DNA of 64,000 nt from Oscillospiraceae bacterium (GCA_031556035.1 JAVBTT010000006.1:45655-109654), one strand, 5' to 3'; counted from the stretch's first letter, positions 30,121 through 41,343 are shown. Notes: generated from the sequence alone by a model not told the origin. Made by a program: numbers and translations.

Positions 30121-31410
30121 TTATTTACCCCTGATATTCTCCATCAGAAGGTTTATTGTCTTGTCAAAAGCGTCGTCAGTACCGCGCATCTCCTCCACCT
30201 TTTCCACCGCGTACATCACGGTCGTGTGGTCGCGCCTGAAAACCTTGGTTCCAATTTCCTTCAGGCTCATAGAGGTCAGAGAGCGCACCAGGTACATGCA
30301 TATCTGCCTGGCGGTTACTATGTCTGCCTGCCTGTTTTTGCCAAGTATATCGCGCTCTTCTACCCCGTAAAAGGCGGAAACCTCGGAAATTATCATGTCA
30401 GGAGTGGGATTCAGGCCGGGGTTCTCGCGCATTAGGTCGGCAATAGCCTTCTCTGCGGTGGTTACGTCCACCGGACTGTGCAGCAGATCCCGCCATGCGA
30501 CGATCTTCTTGACGGTTCCCTCGAGCTGGCGCACATTGGCGGTGACGGACGTGGCCAGGTACAGCACCACATCGTCCGGCAGCAGTAGACCCATCCTCTG
30601 AGCCTTGCTCTTGACAATCGCCATCCTGGTCTCAAAGTCGGGTGGTTGTATATCCACTATCAGGCCGGACTCAAAGCGGGTTCTCAGCCTGTCTTCAAGC
30701 GCCGGAACCTCCTTGGGAGGTCTGTCGGATGTGAGCACTATCTGGTGCCCGGCGTCGTACAGGGTGTTGAAGGTGTGAAAGAACTCCTCCTGAGAGAAGT
30801 TGCGGCCCCCGATGAACTGTATGTCGTCGACCAGCAGCAGATCGGCGCTGCGGTATTTGTCGTGAAATTCATGGGTTTTTTTGTTCTGGAGGGCGTTTAC
30901 CAGGTCGTTTGTAAAAAGCTCCGCCGAGAATACGCGCATCTGATATTCAGGGTGGGAGGCCCTGATAAAGTTCATTATGGCGTACAGCAGATGGGTCTTG
31001 CCAAGGCCCGAGCCGCCGTATATAAACAGCGGATTGTAGGCCTGACCTGGCGATTCCGCCACCGCCTTCGCAGCAGCGGCCGCGAATTTGTTCGAATCCC
31101 CGACAACAAAGTTTTCAAAACCGAATTCCCTGATGCCGCAGCTGTCCTGCTTGGATGGTGCCGTCCTTTCAAGTGTCACCTCAAGTTTCATAGGAGTGCC
31201 GAACAGCTCGAAAAGGGCGTCCGTAACCGGTTTTGAGTATCGCGACAGAATTATGCCGCGCTTGAGCTCTGTGGAGGTGAGCAGGGTGAGAGTGTCCTCG
31301 GTAAGGCTCAATATTTCGGCGTCGTCAAACCAGGCGTTCAGTACGGACGCCGGCATGTCCCTGCTGAGGATATCCAGCAGGTATGTCAAAATGTCTTCTT
31401 TGGGCTGCAA
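30121..31410 (-). CDS. dnaA: chromosomal replication initiator protein DnaA
   Basis: AAA+ motifs (GGSGLGKTHLLYAI, LLVDDIQF) and a C-terminal DNA-binding domain. The N-terminus aligns with Bacillus DnaA domain I. TTG start. Confidence 0.95.
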   Translation of the reverse strand: MQPKEDILTYLLDILSRDMPASVLNAWFDDAEILSLTEDTLTLLTSTELKRGIILSRYSKPVTDALFELFGTPMKLEVTLERTAPSKQDSCGIREFGFENFVVGDSNKFAAAAAKAVAESPGQAYNPLFIYGGSGLGKTHLLYAIMNFIRASHPEYQMRVFSAELFTNDLVNALQNKKTHEFHDKYRSADLLLVDDIQFIGGRNFSQEEFFHTFNTLYDAGHQIVLTSDRPPKEVPALEDRLRTRFESGLIVDIQPPDFETRMAIVKSKAQRMGLLLPDDVVLYLATSVTANVRQLEGTVKKIVAWRDLLHSPVDVTTAEKAIADLMRENPGLNPTPDMIISEVSAFYGVEERDILGKNRQADIVTARQICMYLVRSLTSMSLKEIGTKVFRRDHTTVMYAVEKVEEMRGTDDAFDKTINLLMENIRGK

Positions 31411-31539
31411 AGCGCTCTCCGCCTTCCGGAAGGTGAATTTCCGCCCCGCGAACGCGCGGCATAATGATTATATCGGAAAAAGCATTATATCACAACAGGG
31501 ACAGACGCGCCATAGCCTTCATGTGATTTTTGACAGTTT

Positions 31540-31592
31540 TTATTATTTTTTATGCAAAGAAAACGAAACCCCCGCCGTTGGCGGGGGCAGAT
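31540..31592 (-). terminator. rho-independent terminator downstream of proS (minus strand)
   Basis: GCCCCCGCCAACGGCGGGGGT hairpin followed on the minus strand by a TTTCGTTTTCTTT U-rich tract. Confidence 0.65.
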
Positions 31593-31713
31593 ATTTGAAC
31601 AATGGGGATATTACATAGCACCTTAAAGATGGCGGCAGACGTCTGCCGCCAATCATCAAACCATCGGGAAGGAATACGGCGGGCGAGGTGGTAGGCTCCC
31701 GGCTCCGCTCTTC

Positions 31714-33150
31714 TTAATACTGAAATCCCCAGTACAGCATCGTGTCCGCCGGCTTGCCGCAGACGGCGCAGGTTTCGCCCAGCCTTTCCTGCTCAAACGG
31801 GATGTTGCGCGACTTCATGCCTCCGGTGAGATCCTTGACTCTCTCCTCGCATTCCGCCCCGCCGCACCACATGGTCTTGATGAAGCCGCCGCGCTTCTGC
31901 GCGATAGTGACCATCTCCTCCAGGGTGAGCGCGACGCTTATCTGGCTGTCCAGGTTTTTGCGGGCCTTGTCGTACATAGCCCTTTGTATTTCTGATAGAG
32001 CCTCCGGCACCCTAAGCTCCAGCCCCTCAAGCGAAGCCTCCTCCTTGCCGCCGGTGCGCTTGGCGAGCACACATCTGCCCGCCTCAATATCACGCGGGCC
32101 GAGCTCCAGCCTGAGCGGCACGCCCTTCATCTCGTACTCGGCGAACTTCCAGCCGGGCGACTGGTCGGAGGAATCGAGTCTGACCCTGATGCCCGCCGCC
32201 TTCAGGTTCTTTTCCACCTCGGCTGCCTTTTCCAGCACGCCCGGCTTGTGCGAGGCGACCGGGACTATGACGACCTGGGTGGGCGCGATGCGGGGGGGCA
32301 GGACGAGCCCGGAGTCGTCCCCGTGAGTCATTATTATGCCGCCGATGATCCGGGTCGAGACGCCCCACGAGGACTGGAACACGTGCCTCAGCGAGTTATC
32401 CTTAGCTGTATATGTGATATCGAACGCCTTCGCGAAGCCGTCCCCGAAGTAGTGGGTGGTGCCGGCCTGAAGGGCCTTGCCGTCGTGCATCATGCACTCG
32501 ATCGAATATGTGTCCTGCGCGCCCGCGAATTTCTCGCTCTCGGTCTTGCGGCCTTTGATGACGGGCATCGCCAGCACGTCCTCGGCGAGCTCGGCGTATA
32601 TATCAAGGATCATCAGCGCCTCGTCGACGGCTTCCTGAGCCTCGGCGTGCGCCGTGTGGCCTTCCTGCCACAGAAACTCCCTGTGCCGCAGGAACGGGCG
32701 GGTGGTCTTCTCCCAGCGCAGCACGCTGCACCACTGGTTGTAGAGCTTGGGAAGGTCGCGCCAGCTCTGCACCACATGCGCGTAGTGCTCGCAAAACAGC
32801 GTCTCGGACGTCGGGCGCACGCAGAGGCGCTCGGCCAACTGCTCTGTTCCGCCGTGCGTGACCCAGGCCACCTCGGGAGCGAAGCCGTTGACGTGGTCCT
32901 TTTCCTTCTGAAGCAGGGACTCCGGGATCAGCAGGGGCATATAGACGTTCTCGTGCCCCGTCTCCTTGAAGCGGGTGTCCATGTAGTGCTGTATCCGCTC
33001 CCAGAGCGCGTAGGCGTATGGCCTCAGCACTATGCAGCCCTTGACGCTCGAGTAGTCGATAAGCTCCGCCTTTTTTACAACGTCGGTGTACCACTGGGCG
33101 AAATCCTCCTCCATGGAGGTGATCGCCTCAACCTGCTTTTTATCCGCCAT
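31714..33150 (-). CDS. proS: proline--tRNA ligase (archaeal/eukaryotic-like type ProRS)
   Basis: Start trimmed to the ATG at 33150 ([25 protein letters not shown]…), leaving 478 aa. Class II motifs and a C-terminal zinc-binding ending in YWGFQY are present. The 711 aa ORF in the track extends into repeat DNA. Confidence 0.9.
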   Translation of the reverse strand: MADKKQVEAITSMEEDFAQWYTDVVKKAELIDYSSVKGCIVLRPYAYALWERIQHYMDTRFKETGHENVYMPLLIPESLLQKEKDHVNGFAPEVAWVTHGGTEQLAERLCVRPTSETLFCEHYAHVVQSWRDLPKLYNQWCSVLRWEKTTRPFLRHREFLWQEGHTAHAEAQEAVDEALMILDIYAELAEDVLAMPVIKGRKTESEKFAGAQDTYSIECMMHDGKALQAGTTHYFGDGFAKAFDITYTAKDNSLRHVFQSSWGVSTRIIGGIIMTHGDDSGLVLPPRIAPTQVVIVPVASHKPGVLEKAAEVEKNLKAAGIRVRLDSSDQSPGWKFAEYEMKGVPLRLELGPRDIEAGRCVLAKRTGGKEEASLEGLELRVPEALSEIQRAMYDKARKNLDSQISVALTLEEMVTIAQKRGGFIKTMWCGGAECEERVKDLTGGMKSRNIPFEQERLGETCAVCGKPADTMLYWGFQY

Positions 33151-33209
33151 AAAAACCCCCCCATTAAATTCCATGTAGGGGCGATTATCAATCGCCCATT
33201 CGCAAGAGA

Positions 33210-33424
33210 CCCGCCCGGCTGCGCTCTTCGGTGATGTCAAGCTCCCGCCGGGCTGCCGCTCCGGCTTTGGCTGCGTCCGCTTTGCGGACTGCGCCAAACG
33301 CCTGCGCTCGGCTCCAAATAATCCTGCGCGTGCCCGCTTACGCTCTGTCAAGCGGACTTCGTCCGCTCTTCGAGCTTGCGGCCATGCTCGGCTTATTTCT
33401 CGCCACGCCCGGCTCCGCTCTTCT
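33210..33424. repeat. B/C-family repeat, long form with GTGATGTCAAGCTCCCGCCGGGCTGCCGCTCCGGCTTTGGCTGCGTCCGCTTTGCGGACTGCGCCAAACGCCTGCGC… module, both termini GGCTSCGCTCTTC
   Basis: Near-identical copies at 38372-38642 and, in the opposite orientation, embedded at 15888-16038, 42535-42708 and 45583-45754. It yields a recurrent artefact ORF ([25 protein letters not shown]…). Confidence 0.85.
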
Positions 33425-33507
33425 GATTTTAACATTTTCAGCGCACTTGTCAAGCAGTGGGGCCATATGATGGTGTTGAGAACATTGATTGACAAGGTTG
33501 TGCTTGC

Positions 33508-33816
33508 ATGTATACAAAATTTTTTGTTCAGCCGGGCGAAAACGAGTGGATAAAAACCGAGGTCACCCTCAAGCCGGACAGCCGCAGTGCGCTGCACGGC
33601 ACCGTTACCGGCCCGGACGGCAGGCTTGTCTGCGACGCCCTGGTCATGCTGTTTCTGGCGGATAAGGCCGCCGACGCCGTGAAGTTTACAGCCTGCACGT
33701 TCACCGACGACTCCGGGCAGTTCGCGTTCGGTCCGCTCGACCCCGGCCGCGTTTACGCCGTCAAGGTGTTCAGAAACAGCGTCAAGGTGCGGGAACTGGA
33801 GATTGTCACCGATTAG
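33508..33816 (+). CDS. small protein with a single carboxypeptidase-regulatory-like / Cna-B-like beta-sandwich domain; uncertain
   Basis: [18 protein letters not shown]…[22 protein letters not shown] pattern. There is no clear SD. Confidence 0.4.
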   Translation: MYTKFFVQPGENEWIKTEVTLKPDSRSALHGTVTGPDGRLVCDALVMLFLADKAADAVKFTACTFTDDSGQFAFGPLDPGRVYAVKVFRNSVKVRELEIVTD

Positions 33817-33861
33817 GGCGGCGTATTGACAGACGCTGTACCGGTACAAATATCTCTTCGG

Positions 33862-34983
33862 TTATTTCCACATGAGCTTTCTCGTGGGCTCAAGCTCAAA
33901 GCCCATCGCCTTGAGCTCGCTTTCGATCTGCCCCGCGCTCTCGCCGCTCCAGCCGTAGGCCCCAAAGGCGAGCCCCCTCTTGTTTTTGGGGGACAGGCCG
34001 CGCATATAGGTCAAAAACGCGGCGACCTGCGGCATGACGTTCCTGTTCAGGGTCGGGCTGCCCACCGCCACAAACGACGCCTCAAGCACTTTGGCCATCG
34101 CGGTCGAGACATGCCCGTCCTTCAGGCAGAAAAGCTCCGGCTCCATGCCGCGTCCGGCGAGCTCGCTGAAGAGCGCCTCCGCCATCTTCCGCGTCGCGCC
34201 CCACATCGTGTCGTACACGATGACGGCCTTCCGGGGATTGGAGCCCCCGCCCGCCCAGAGCTCGTATTTTTTGAGCATCTCGCCCACATACGAGCGCAGT
34301 ATGACCCCGTGGCTGGGGCATACGGTGTCGATCTCAAGGGCCGAGATATCGCCCAGCAGCTTTTTGACCGGCATCCCGAACGGCAGGACTATGTTGGCGT
34401 AATAGTCCCCCGCGCGCTCAAGCAGCCTCTCCAGGCCGATCTGGTCGTCAAAGCGCTCCAGGGACGCGATATGCTGCCCCAGCGCGTCGTTGCAGAACAG
34501 CGTTTTTTCCGCTGCCAGATATGTCGTCATGCTGTCCGGCCAGTGGACCATCGGCATGGGTAAAAAGGAGAACTCATATTTGCCGGTGCTGAGGGTGTCG
34601 CCCGCCTTGACGGCGCGGACGCGGGCGCCGCCCATAATCTCCGGGTAGTAGGCGTTCAGACCCTTTTGCCCGTTCTGGGACGTGATGATCTCGGCGTTCG
34701 GGGCGATGGCGCGAAAATGCGGAAGCGCCCCCGAGTGGTCCGGCTCCACATGGTTTGAGATATGGTAAGCTATTTTGGCGGGGTCGACTATTTCCCGGAT
34801 ATTCTCCATCAGCTCAGCGGTGTGGGTGGCCTTGACCAGATCAATCAGGGTAATTTTTTCATCCAGCACAAGATACGCGTTGTAGGTTGTGCCGCAGGGA
34901 GTCAGATAGCCGTGGAAGTTCCGCACGTCGTAGTCAATCGCGCCCACCCAGTATATGTTGTCCTTTATCTTTACAGCGCCCAT
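33862..34983 (-). CDS. FprA-family A-type flavoprotein (flavodiiron protein: metallo-beta-lactamase-like plus flavodoxin domains)
   Basis: HxExDH-type motif SNHVEPDHSG and a flavodoxin-like C-terminal domain. GGAGG SD. Confidence 0.85.
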   Translation of the reverse strand: MGAVKIKDNIYWVGAIDYDVRNFHGYLTPCGTTYNAYLVLDEKITLIDLVKATHTAELMENIREIVDPAKIAYHISNHVEPDHSGALPHFRAIAPNAEIITSQNGQKGLNAYYPEIMGGARVRAVKAGDTLSTGKYEFSFLPMPMVHWPDSMTTYLAAEKTLFCNDALGQHIASLERFDDQIGLERLLERAGDYYANIVLPFGMPVKKLLGDISALEIDTVCPSHGVILRSYVGEMLKKYELWAGGGSNPRKAVIVYDTMWGATRKMAEALFSELAGRGMEPELFCLKDGHVSTAMAKVLEASFVAVGSPTLNRNVMPQVAAFLTYMRGLSPKNKRGLAFGAYGWSGESAGQIESELKAMGFELEPTRKLMWK

Positions 34984-35129
34984 GTTGTACCTCCAGCAAG
35001 CATATAATTTTTTGAAAAAATAATATCACTTCCGGCGGCGCGTGTCAAACGCGGCGCATAACTCCCGCCCGCTTCGGTTCATAATAGCAGTGTACGCGGC
35101 TAATTTGGACGCCGGGAGGGGATTTTTTT

Positions 35130-35804
35130 ATGCTTGTGGCGATAACGCGCACCGCCATACTGTACATCGTTGTCATTACGGCAATGAGGATAATGGGCAA
35201 GCGGCAGATTGGCGAGCTGGAGCCCAGCGAGCTGGTGGTGGCAATTATGATCTCGGAGCTGGCCGCCGTCCCGATGCAGGAGCCCGGGATGCCGCTTGTG
35301 TCCGGCCTGGTGCCGATTGTGACCCTGATTTCGCTGGAGATACTCATATCGCTGCTGCTGCTCAAAAGCGTCAGGCTGCGCAAGCTGTTCTGCGGGACTC
35401 CCAGCGTGCTGATTGAAAACGGCAGGATTTTGCAGAAAGAGCTCAAAAAAAACCGAATGACTATGGACGAGCTGATTGAGGATCTGCGGCTGCAGGACAT
35501 TTTGGATCTCAGCACGGTGCAGTACGCGATACTTGAGACAAACGGCAAGCTCAGCGCCATATTGTACTCCGAGCACCGCCCGATGCCGGCCGGAAAGCGG
35601 GGAGGGGCAGACCGCGGCCTGCCGGTCGTACTGATAAACGACGGGCGCACCCTGTCCGCGAATCTTGAGAAGCTTGGCCTGGACGAGAAATGGCTGTACA
35701 GCGAGGTCAAGGGAAGGGGCGTGTCCGGGCCGTCCGAGGTTTTTCTGCTGATGCGGGACGAGCAGGGCGGCGTATACTATCTGCCCAAGGAGAAAGCGAG
35801 ATGA
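35130..35804 (+). CDS. DUF421 (YetF-like) membrane protein
   Basis: Characteristic N-terminus (ILYIVVITAMRIMGKRQIGELEPSELVVAIMISELA). Confidence 0.8.
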   Translation: MLVAITRTAILYIVVITAMRIMGKRQIGELEPSELVVAIMISELAAVPMQEPGMPLVSGLVPIVTLISLEILISLLLLKSVRLRKLFCGTPSVLIENGRILQKELKKNRMTMDELIEDLRLQDILDLSTVQYAILETNGKLSAILYSEHRPMPAGKRGGADRGLPVVLINDGRTLSANLEKLGLDEKWLYSEVKGRGVSGPSEVFLLMRDEQGGVYYLPKEKAR

Positions 35805-36181
35805 AGCAGGCTGTTCTGGCGGGCGCGCTGCTGTTGGCGATGCTGATTTGCGGGGTAGCGAGCCGCAGCTACACCGGCTCGTTTTCCCGTGAGATAGGGG
35901 AGGAGCTTGCCGCGGCCCGGGCGGGGGTTGAGGCCGGGGACTGGGACAAGGCGGAGAGAGGAATGCTCTCCGCTATGTCGCGCTGGGAGGATTCGCGCAA
36001 GGTGATGGGCTTTATCGCGGCGGACGCGGAGCTCGCGGCGGTGGACGCCGCGCTGGCCGGGGTATACTCGGCGCTCGAAAACAGGGACGGCGCAGAGCTG
36101 GATACGCAAATAAGGCTTGTCACGCTGTTGCTCGGGGTGCTGGTGGAACAGGAGAGACTGACGTGGCAAAACCTAGGGTAG
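35801..36181 (+). CDS. DUF4363-like small membrane-anchored protein
   Basis: ATGA overlap with the DUF421 gene stop. N-terminal TM helix. The DUF421/DUF4363 pairing is common. Confidence 0.65.
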   Translation: MKQAVLAGALLLAMLICGVASRSYTGSFSREIGEELAAARAGVEAGDWDKAERGMLSAMSRWEDSRKVMGFIAADAELAAVDAALAGVYSALENRDGAELDTQIRLVTLLLGVLVEQERLTWQNLG

Positions 36182-36281
36182 ACTTTGAAATAAACAGTTT
36201 CACTCCCGCTCGTCTGCGCATACGATATATTGCGGGGGAGGGGCGTAGCCCATCTCCCGAATAAAGCGTGGAAGCGAAGGG

Positions 36282-36797
36282 GTGCTCTGCATGTCTCTGT
36301 TAATTTTAAGCAGCCGTCCAGCGGCCGCCACTGGCGAGGGTTGGGATGTCATGCCCACAAGGGGGCGTTTGGCGGCAAGGGCGTTGATGGCCGCGACACA
36401 GCCGGCCCTGACAATACGGGGTGAGGTCAGATTTTACGAAGCCGGGGATAAGGGCTGCCTGGTCGAGGCGTCGGTGGAGGGGCTGCCCACCGGGCCGAAC
36501 GCGCACCCGTTTCTCGCCTTCCATATCCATGAAAACGGCTCCTGTGCCGACGCCGGGATGGCCGCCGGAGGTCACTACAATCCGGAGGGCCGCCAGCACG
36601 GGTATCACGCCGGGGATCTTCCGTCCCTTTTGAACGCCGACGGGATCGCGGAGAGCGTCGTCTACACAGACCGCTTTGTGCCCGGGGACGTGATCGGGAG
36701 GACGGCGATTATACACGAGCTGCCGGACGATTACCGCACCCAGCCCAACGGCAGCGGAGGCCCGCGCATTGCCTGCGGCGTTATAGAAATGGTATAG
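36282..36797 (+). CDS. sodC: Cu/Zn superoxide dismutase
   Basis: Motifs FHIHENGSC, GGHYNP, HAGDLP and GGPRIACGVI. Confidence 0.85.
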   Translation: MLCMSLLILSSRPAAATGEGWDVMPTRGRLAARALMAATQPALTIRGEVRFYEAGDKGCLVEASVEGLPTGPNAHPFLAFHIHENGSCADAGMAAGGHYNPEGRQHGYHAGDLPSLLNADGIAESVVYTDRFVPGDVIGRTAIIHELPDDYRTQPNGSGGPRIACGVIEMV

Positions 36798-36920
36798 TTC
36801 TCAGCGGATTTCCGTAAAAAGGCCCCAGTTCGCAAATTTCCCTTGCAAACCCCTCCCGGCTGCAATAGAATGTATCGGGGCATGCCGCGTCCGGCCCGTC
36901 CAACGGAAGGGGGATTGCAG

Positions 36921-38054
36921 TTGTTTGAATCGTTAAGGCAGTGGAAAAAATATATACTGCCCTTTTCGCTCGCCGTGTTTATTTTCGCGTTCATCACAAG
37001 CTATGACGGCACTATGCATCTGCTGCGCAGCGTGTTCGGCTGGCTCGGCTTTATACTGAGCCGGTTTCTGCTTGGGTTCGCGATGGCCTACATGGTGGAC
37101 TTCCTGGTGGAGTTTCTTAAAAAGCGCCTCAAATTTCCGCGCTGGCTCGCGATCGGAGCCTCCTATGTCCTGCTGCTGGGCCTGTTGGTCTGGATGATAC
37201 TCTACATAGCCCCTCTGACGGTGGAGAGCGTGAACCAGATCATAACGGTGCTCACCGACGCGTACGGCAGGTTTACGGGCTATCTGGCCGACTCTGAGCC
37301 TCTGATCGACCCGCAGATGTTCGACATGCTGACCGGGCTGCTGGACGGCATAAAGGAGAGTCTGCTCTCCGTGCTGAAGGGGCTGCTGGACTATTCCTTC
37401 ATCGAAAGCGCACTGAAGATATCCACCCGGATGCTGATGAACATCTCCTTCGGCTTCCTGATCTCCCTGTATGCGATTATTGAGAAGGAGCCCCTGCTGC
37501 GCAACGCCAGGGCGATAGTCAGGGCGCTTTTCCCCAAGCGCTCCCCGCGGATATTTGAGCTGGCGGGAGAGGCCAACCGCACATTTTCCCGCTTTTTGGT
37601 GGGCAAGACAGTGGACTCCCTGATAATCGGCCTGCTCAGCTATATCCTCTACATGATATTCAGGCTGCCGATCTCGCCGTTCCTGGCTGTCGTGGCGGGG
37701 GTCACAAATATGATCCCCTACTTCGGCCCGATTGTGGGCGGGGCGGTCACGGTACTGCTACTGATCTGCTACCAGCCGATTTACGCGCTGTACGGGTTGA
37801 TCATAGTCGTGGCCGTCCAGACGGTGGACGGCATGGTGCTCGGCCCGAAGATACTGGGCGACGCGGTGGGCATAAGCCCGCTGCTCACGATTTTCGCGAT
37901 CTCCATAGGCGGGGATGTGGCGGGCTTCCTGGGGATGTTCATAGGGGTGCCGGTGCTCGCGGTGTTTAAGAAGATGATTTACCACACATTTATTAAGAAG
38001 AGGATGGCCTCGAGCGAGGCCTCCGGGCCTCCGGCCGCGCCTGACGGCGGATGA
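36921..38054 (+). CDS. AI-2E family transporter (PerM/UPF0118)
   Basis: C-terminal signature IPYFGPIVGG…GGDVAGFLGMFIGVPVLAV. TTG start at 36921 chosen after a GGAAGGGGG SD. The track ORF starts further upstream at 36843. Confidence 0.75.
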   Translation: MFESLRQWKKYILPFSLAVFIFAFITSYDGTMHLLRSVFGWLGFILSRFLLGFAMAYMVDFLVEFLKKRLKFPRWLAIGASYVLLLGLLVWMILYIAPLTVESVNQIITVLTDAYGRFTGYLADSEPLIDPQMFDMLTGLLDGIKESLLSVLKGLLDYSFIESALKISTRMLMNISFGFLISLYAIIEKEPLLRNARAIVRALFPKRSPRIFELAGEANRTFSRFLVGKTVDSLIIGLLSYILYMIFRLPISPFLAVVAGVTNMIPYFGPIVGGAVTVLLLICYQPIYALYGLIIVVAVQTVDGMVLGPKILGDAVGISPLLTIFAISIGGDVAGFLGMFIGVPVLAVFKKMIYHTFIKKRMASSEASGPPAAPDGG

Positions 38055-38070
38055 GGCCGCGCCCGGCTGC

Positions 38071-38371
38071 ACACCCTCTCCGGCGCTTCGCGCCACCTCT
38101 CCCACAGGGAGAGCTCAGACCGATGACAAACTACAGTTTGTCATCGAAAACGAGGGCAAGCTGTCGCCGCTGAGGCGGCTCACAGAGAACGGCTTTCCCG
38201 GAGTGAATCCGTGAAAGCCTTGAATTTCAAGCTTATTCACTCTTGCGGTCAAGCAAGAACCTGCCGCCTCCGGCGTCAGGCTCGACGCGCAAAAGTGAAA
38301 AAGGACGGAGGTCGCGGAATTTGTCTTCACTCTGGGCTCTCCCCTTGGGAGAGCTGGCCCCGCAGGGTCTG
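38071..38371. repeat. A-family structured repeat, copy A3, with flank modules X (left) and Y-revcomp (right)
   Basis: Core identical to A2. The left flank CACCCTCTCCGGCGCTTCGCGCCACCTCTCCCACAGGGAGAG and the right flank CTGGGCTCTCCCCTTGGGAGAGCTGGCCCCGCAGGGTCTGAGAGGG are the reverse complements of A2's right and left flanks. Confidence 0.85.
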
Positions 38372-38642
38372 AGAGGGTGCTGCTCCTTGGTTATTTTTCA
38401 ACGCGCGGGGGCTGCGCTATTCGGGTGATGTCAAGCTCCCGCCGGGCTGTCGCTTCGGCTTTGGCTTTGTCCGCTTTGCGGACTGCGCCAAACGCCTGCG
38501 CTCGGCTCCAAATAATCCTGCGCGTGCCCGCTTACGCTCTGTCAAGCGGACTTCGTCCGCTCTTCGAGCTTGCGGCCATGCTCGGCTTATTTCTCGCCCC
38601 GCCCGGCTGCGCTCTTCGGGTGATGTCGGTGAGTTTTCCGAG
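38372..38642. repeat. B/C-family repeat, long form (near-identical to 33210-33424)
   Basis: Direct sequence identity over more than 200 nt. Confidence 0.85.
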
Positions 38643-38820
38643 CTTTCAAATTTTTTGATAGCGTTTCCTGCTGAAATAGGGTAAAATGTCTATATGACCG
38701 CATAACCGCCTCGGTTTTCCGGGGCGCACGCTGTTATTGCGCCGGAACAGGAAACAGGGATTTTTTATGTCTGCCGAAAGGCGCAATACTGTTCAAAAAC
38801 ACACAAATGGGGGTTCACAG

Positions 38821-41304
38821 ATGACCGACCATCCCGTAAGCTTTGAAAACCAGAAAATACTCCCCGCCGACCTGGAGCGGGAGATCAAGAAGTCCTTTAT
38901 CGACTACGCTATGTCGGTGATTACAGCGCGCGCCCTGCCGGACGTGCGCGACGGCCTCAAGCCGGTGCACAGGCGGATTCTGTACACGATGTGGGAGGAA
39001 AACCTCACGCCGGACAAGCCCTTCCGCAAGTCGGCCACAGCGGTCGGCGACGTGCTGGGCCGGTATCATCCGCACGGCGACGCGTCGGTATATGACGCCC
39101 TTGTGCGCCTGGCGCAGAGCTTTTCGCTGCGCCATGTGCTGGTGGACGGCCACGGAAACTTCGGCTCGGTAGACGGGGATCCCCCGGCCGCCTACCGTTA
39201 CACAGAGGCCAGAATGTCTAAGATCGCGATGGAGATGCTGGCGGATATCGAGAAGGAGACCGTCGACTTCTCCCCCAACTACGACAACTCCCGTCAGGAG
39301 CCCACCGTGCTGCCCTCACACTTCCCGAACCTGCTGGTCAACGGCTCGGCGGGAATAGCGGTGGGCATGGCCACAAACATACCGCCGCACAATCTTCGCG
39401 AGACCGTAGGTGCGGCTGTCTGCCTGCTGGACAACCCCGAGGCCGAGCTGGACGACCTGATGGAGCACATGCACGGGCCGGATTTCCCGACCGCCGCGAT
39501 GATCTACGGGCGCGCCGGGATACGCGCCGCATACTCCACCGGGCGCGGCAAGGTGCGGGTGCGCGCCAAGGCAGACATTGAGGAGCACAAGGGCCGGATG
39601 CGCATTGTCGTCACCGAGCTGCCATATATGACCAACAAGGCCAGGCTCGTCGAGCACATAGGCTCGCTGGTGCGGGACAAGACCATTGAGGGCGTGAGCG
39701 CACTGCGCGACGAGTCTGACCGGGTGGGCATGAAGGTGGTCGTCGACCTCAAGCGTGACGCGAATCCCCAGGTGGTGCTGAACAAGCTGTACACGATGAC
39801 CGCGATGCAGACCACATTTGCGATAAACATGCTCGCGCTGGTTAAGGGGCAGCCGATGACCCTGAACCTGCGCCAGATACTGGAGTACTATCTTGAGCAC
39901 CAGCGGGAGATAGTGACCCGCAGGACGATGTTCGACCTGCGCAAGGCCCGCGAGCGCGCCCACCTGTTGGAGGGCCTTATGATCGCGGTGAACAACATCG
40001 ACGAGGTCATCAGGATTATCCGCACGAGCTACAACGACGCGAAAGCCCGCCTGATGGAGCGCTTCGACCTCTCGGACGTGCAGGGCCAGGCGATTATCGA
40101 CATGCGCCTGGGACGTTTGCAGGGGCTGGAGATTGAGAAGCTCCAGAAGGAGCTGGACGAGCTGCTGGAGCGCATCGCCGACTTTGAGGACATACTGGCA
40201 AAGCCGGAGCGCGTGACCGCGATAGTCCGCGAGCAGCTGCTGGCTCTCTCGGAAAAATTCGGAAACGACAGGATGACCGAGATCGTCGAGAACGAGGACG
40301 AGATCGACCTCGAGGATCTGATTGAGCGCGAGGACTGCGTGTTTACGCTGACACACATGGGCTACATCAAGCGCCAGCCCAAGACCGCCTACCGCACCCA
40401 GCGGCGCGGCGGCAAGGGAATATCCGCCCAGACGATGCGCGAGGAGGATTTCGTGGAGGAGCTGTTTGTGGCCTCCACCCATGACGACCTGCTTTTCTTC
40501 ACGTCCAAGGGCAAGCTGTTCCGCAAGCGCGGCTATCATGTCCCGGAGGCGGGGCGGGCCGCGAAGGGCAGCAACCTTGTAAACCTCCTGTCGCTTGAGC
40601 CGGGAGAGAAGGTGACGGCCACGATCCCGGTGCGCGAGCAGGATGACTTCGAGTATCTGTTCTTTGTCACCCGGGGCGGCACCGTCAAGCGGGTCGAGGT
40701 CGGGCGCTTTAAGTCGGCGGGGCGCAAGGCGGGGCTCAGGGCGATAAACCTGGACGAGGGCGATGAGCTGATCGCGGTGCGCAAGACGGACGGCAACCAG
40801 AATATTCTGATCGCCACCAAAAACGGCATGGCGATCTGCTTTAACGAGAACGACGTGCGTCCGATGGGCCGCGAGGCCTCCGGTGTGCGCGGCATACGGC
40901 TCATAGACGGCGACTATGTTATCGGGGCGGCGCGCGCCAGGGCTGGCGGAACGCTTCTGACCGTGACCGAAAACGGCTACGGCAAGCGCACCGAGATAGA
41001 CGAGTACCTGCGCGGCGGAGAGGCGCAGCGCCGGGGCGGCAAGGGACTTCGCAACCACAACCTGACGGATAAGACAGGGCTTGTGGCGGACATCCGGGTG
41101 GTGGACGACACGGACGACATCCTGATAATATCGGACGACGGCACGATCATCCGCATGGAGGCGGCGTCGGTCAACGTATACAGCCGCACGGCCCAGGGCG
41201 TCATACTGATGCGCCTGTCCGGGGACGCGCGTGTCATATCCATCGCGCGGACGTTTAAGGACGAGGAGGAAGAGGGCCAGGCGGAGGAGAATACCGAGGA
41301 ATGA
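38821..41304 (+). CDS. gyrA: DNA gyrase subunit A
   Basis: Start trimmed to the ATG at 38821, which has an SD. GyrA signature [27 protein letters not shown], the active-site Tyr region, and C-terminal beta-pinwheel repeats. Confidence 0.95.
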   Translation: MTDHPVSFENQKILPADLEREIKKSFIDYAMSVITARALPDVRDGLKPVHRRILYTMWEENLTPDKPFRKSATAVGDVLGRYHPHGDASVYDALVRLAQSFSLRHVLVDGHGNFGSVDGDPPAAYRYTEARMSKIAMEMLADIEKETVDFSPNYDNSRQEPTVLPSHFPNLLVNGSAGIAVGMATNIPPHNLRETVGAAVCLLDNPEAELDDLMEHMHGPDFPTAAMIYGRAGIRAAYSTGRGKVRVRAKADIEEHKGRMRIVVTELPYMTNKARLVEHIGSLVRDKTIEGVSALRDESDRVGMKVVVDLKRDANPQVVLNKLYTMTAMQTTFAINMLALVKGQPMTLNLRQILEYYLEHQREIVTRRTMFDLRKARERAHLLEGLMIAVNNIDEVIRIIRTSYNDAKARLMERFDLSDVQGQAIIDMRLGRLQGLEIEKLQKELDELLERIADFEDILAKPERVTAIVREQLLALSEKFGNDRMTEIVENEDEIDLEDLIEREDCVFTLTHMGYIKRQPKTAYRTQRRGGKGISAQTMREEDFVEELFVASTHDDLLFFTSKGKLFRKRGYHVPEAGRAAKGSNLVNLLSLEPGEKVTATIPVREQDDFEYLFFVTRGGTVKRVEVGRFKSAGRKAGLRAINLDEGDELIAVRKTDGNQNILIATKNGMAICFNENDVRPMGREASGVRGIRLIDGDYVIGAARARAGGTLLTVTENGYGKRTEIDEYLRGGEAQRRGGKGLRNHNLTDKTGLVADIRVVDDTDDILIISDDGTIIRMEAASVNVYSRTAQGVILMRLSGDARVISIARTFKDEEEEGQAEENTEE

Positions 41305-41307
41305 CAG

Positions 41308-41343
41308 CCGTCAACATGGCCGCCGAAGGCGGCCATGTTGACG
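41308..41343 (+). terminator. perfect 16-bp-stem hairpin downstream of gyrA
   Basis: CCGTCAACATGGCCGCC-GAAG-GCGGCCATGTTGACG. No U-tract. Confidence 0.5.

Noticed and set aside
31411-31713. Second DnaA-box cluster upstream of dnaA (bipartite origin)
   Set aside because: Only weak matches with two or more mismatches were found. The region contains the proS terminator and a D-family palindrome instead.
33231-33470. 80-170 aa ORFs with the recurring translation [25 protein letters not shown]… (also 38377..38658, 45600..45887, and on the other strand 15629..16135, 42457..42879)
   Set aside because: They are translations of the B/C intergenic repeat. They appear in both orientations with no SD and have odd composition. 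They are repeat artefacts, not a protein family.
33151-33507. T-box riboswitch upstream of proS
   Set aside because: The region consists of the B/C repeat. No T-box consensus (AATTAGGGTGGTACCGCG-like) or specifier-loop architecture was seen.
31714-33849. 711 aa proS ORF with a ~230 aa N-terminal extension
   Set aside because: The extension translates repeat DNA. ProRS homology begins at MADKKQV (ATG 33150), so the gene was trimmed.
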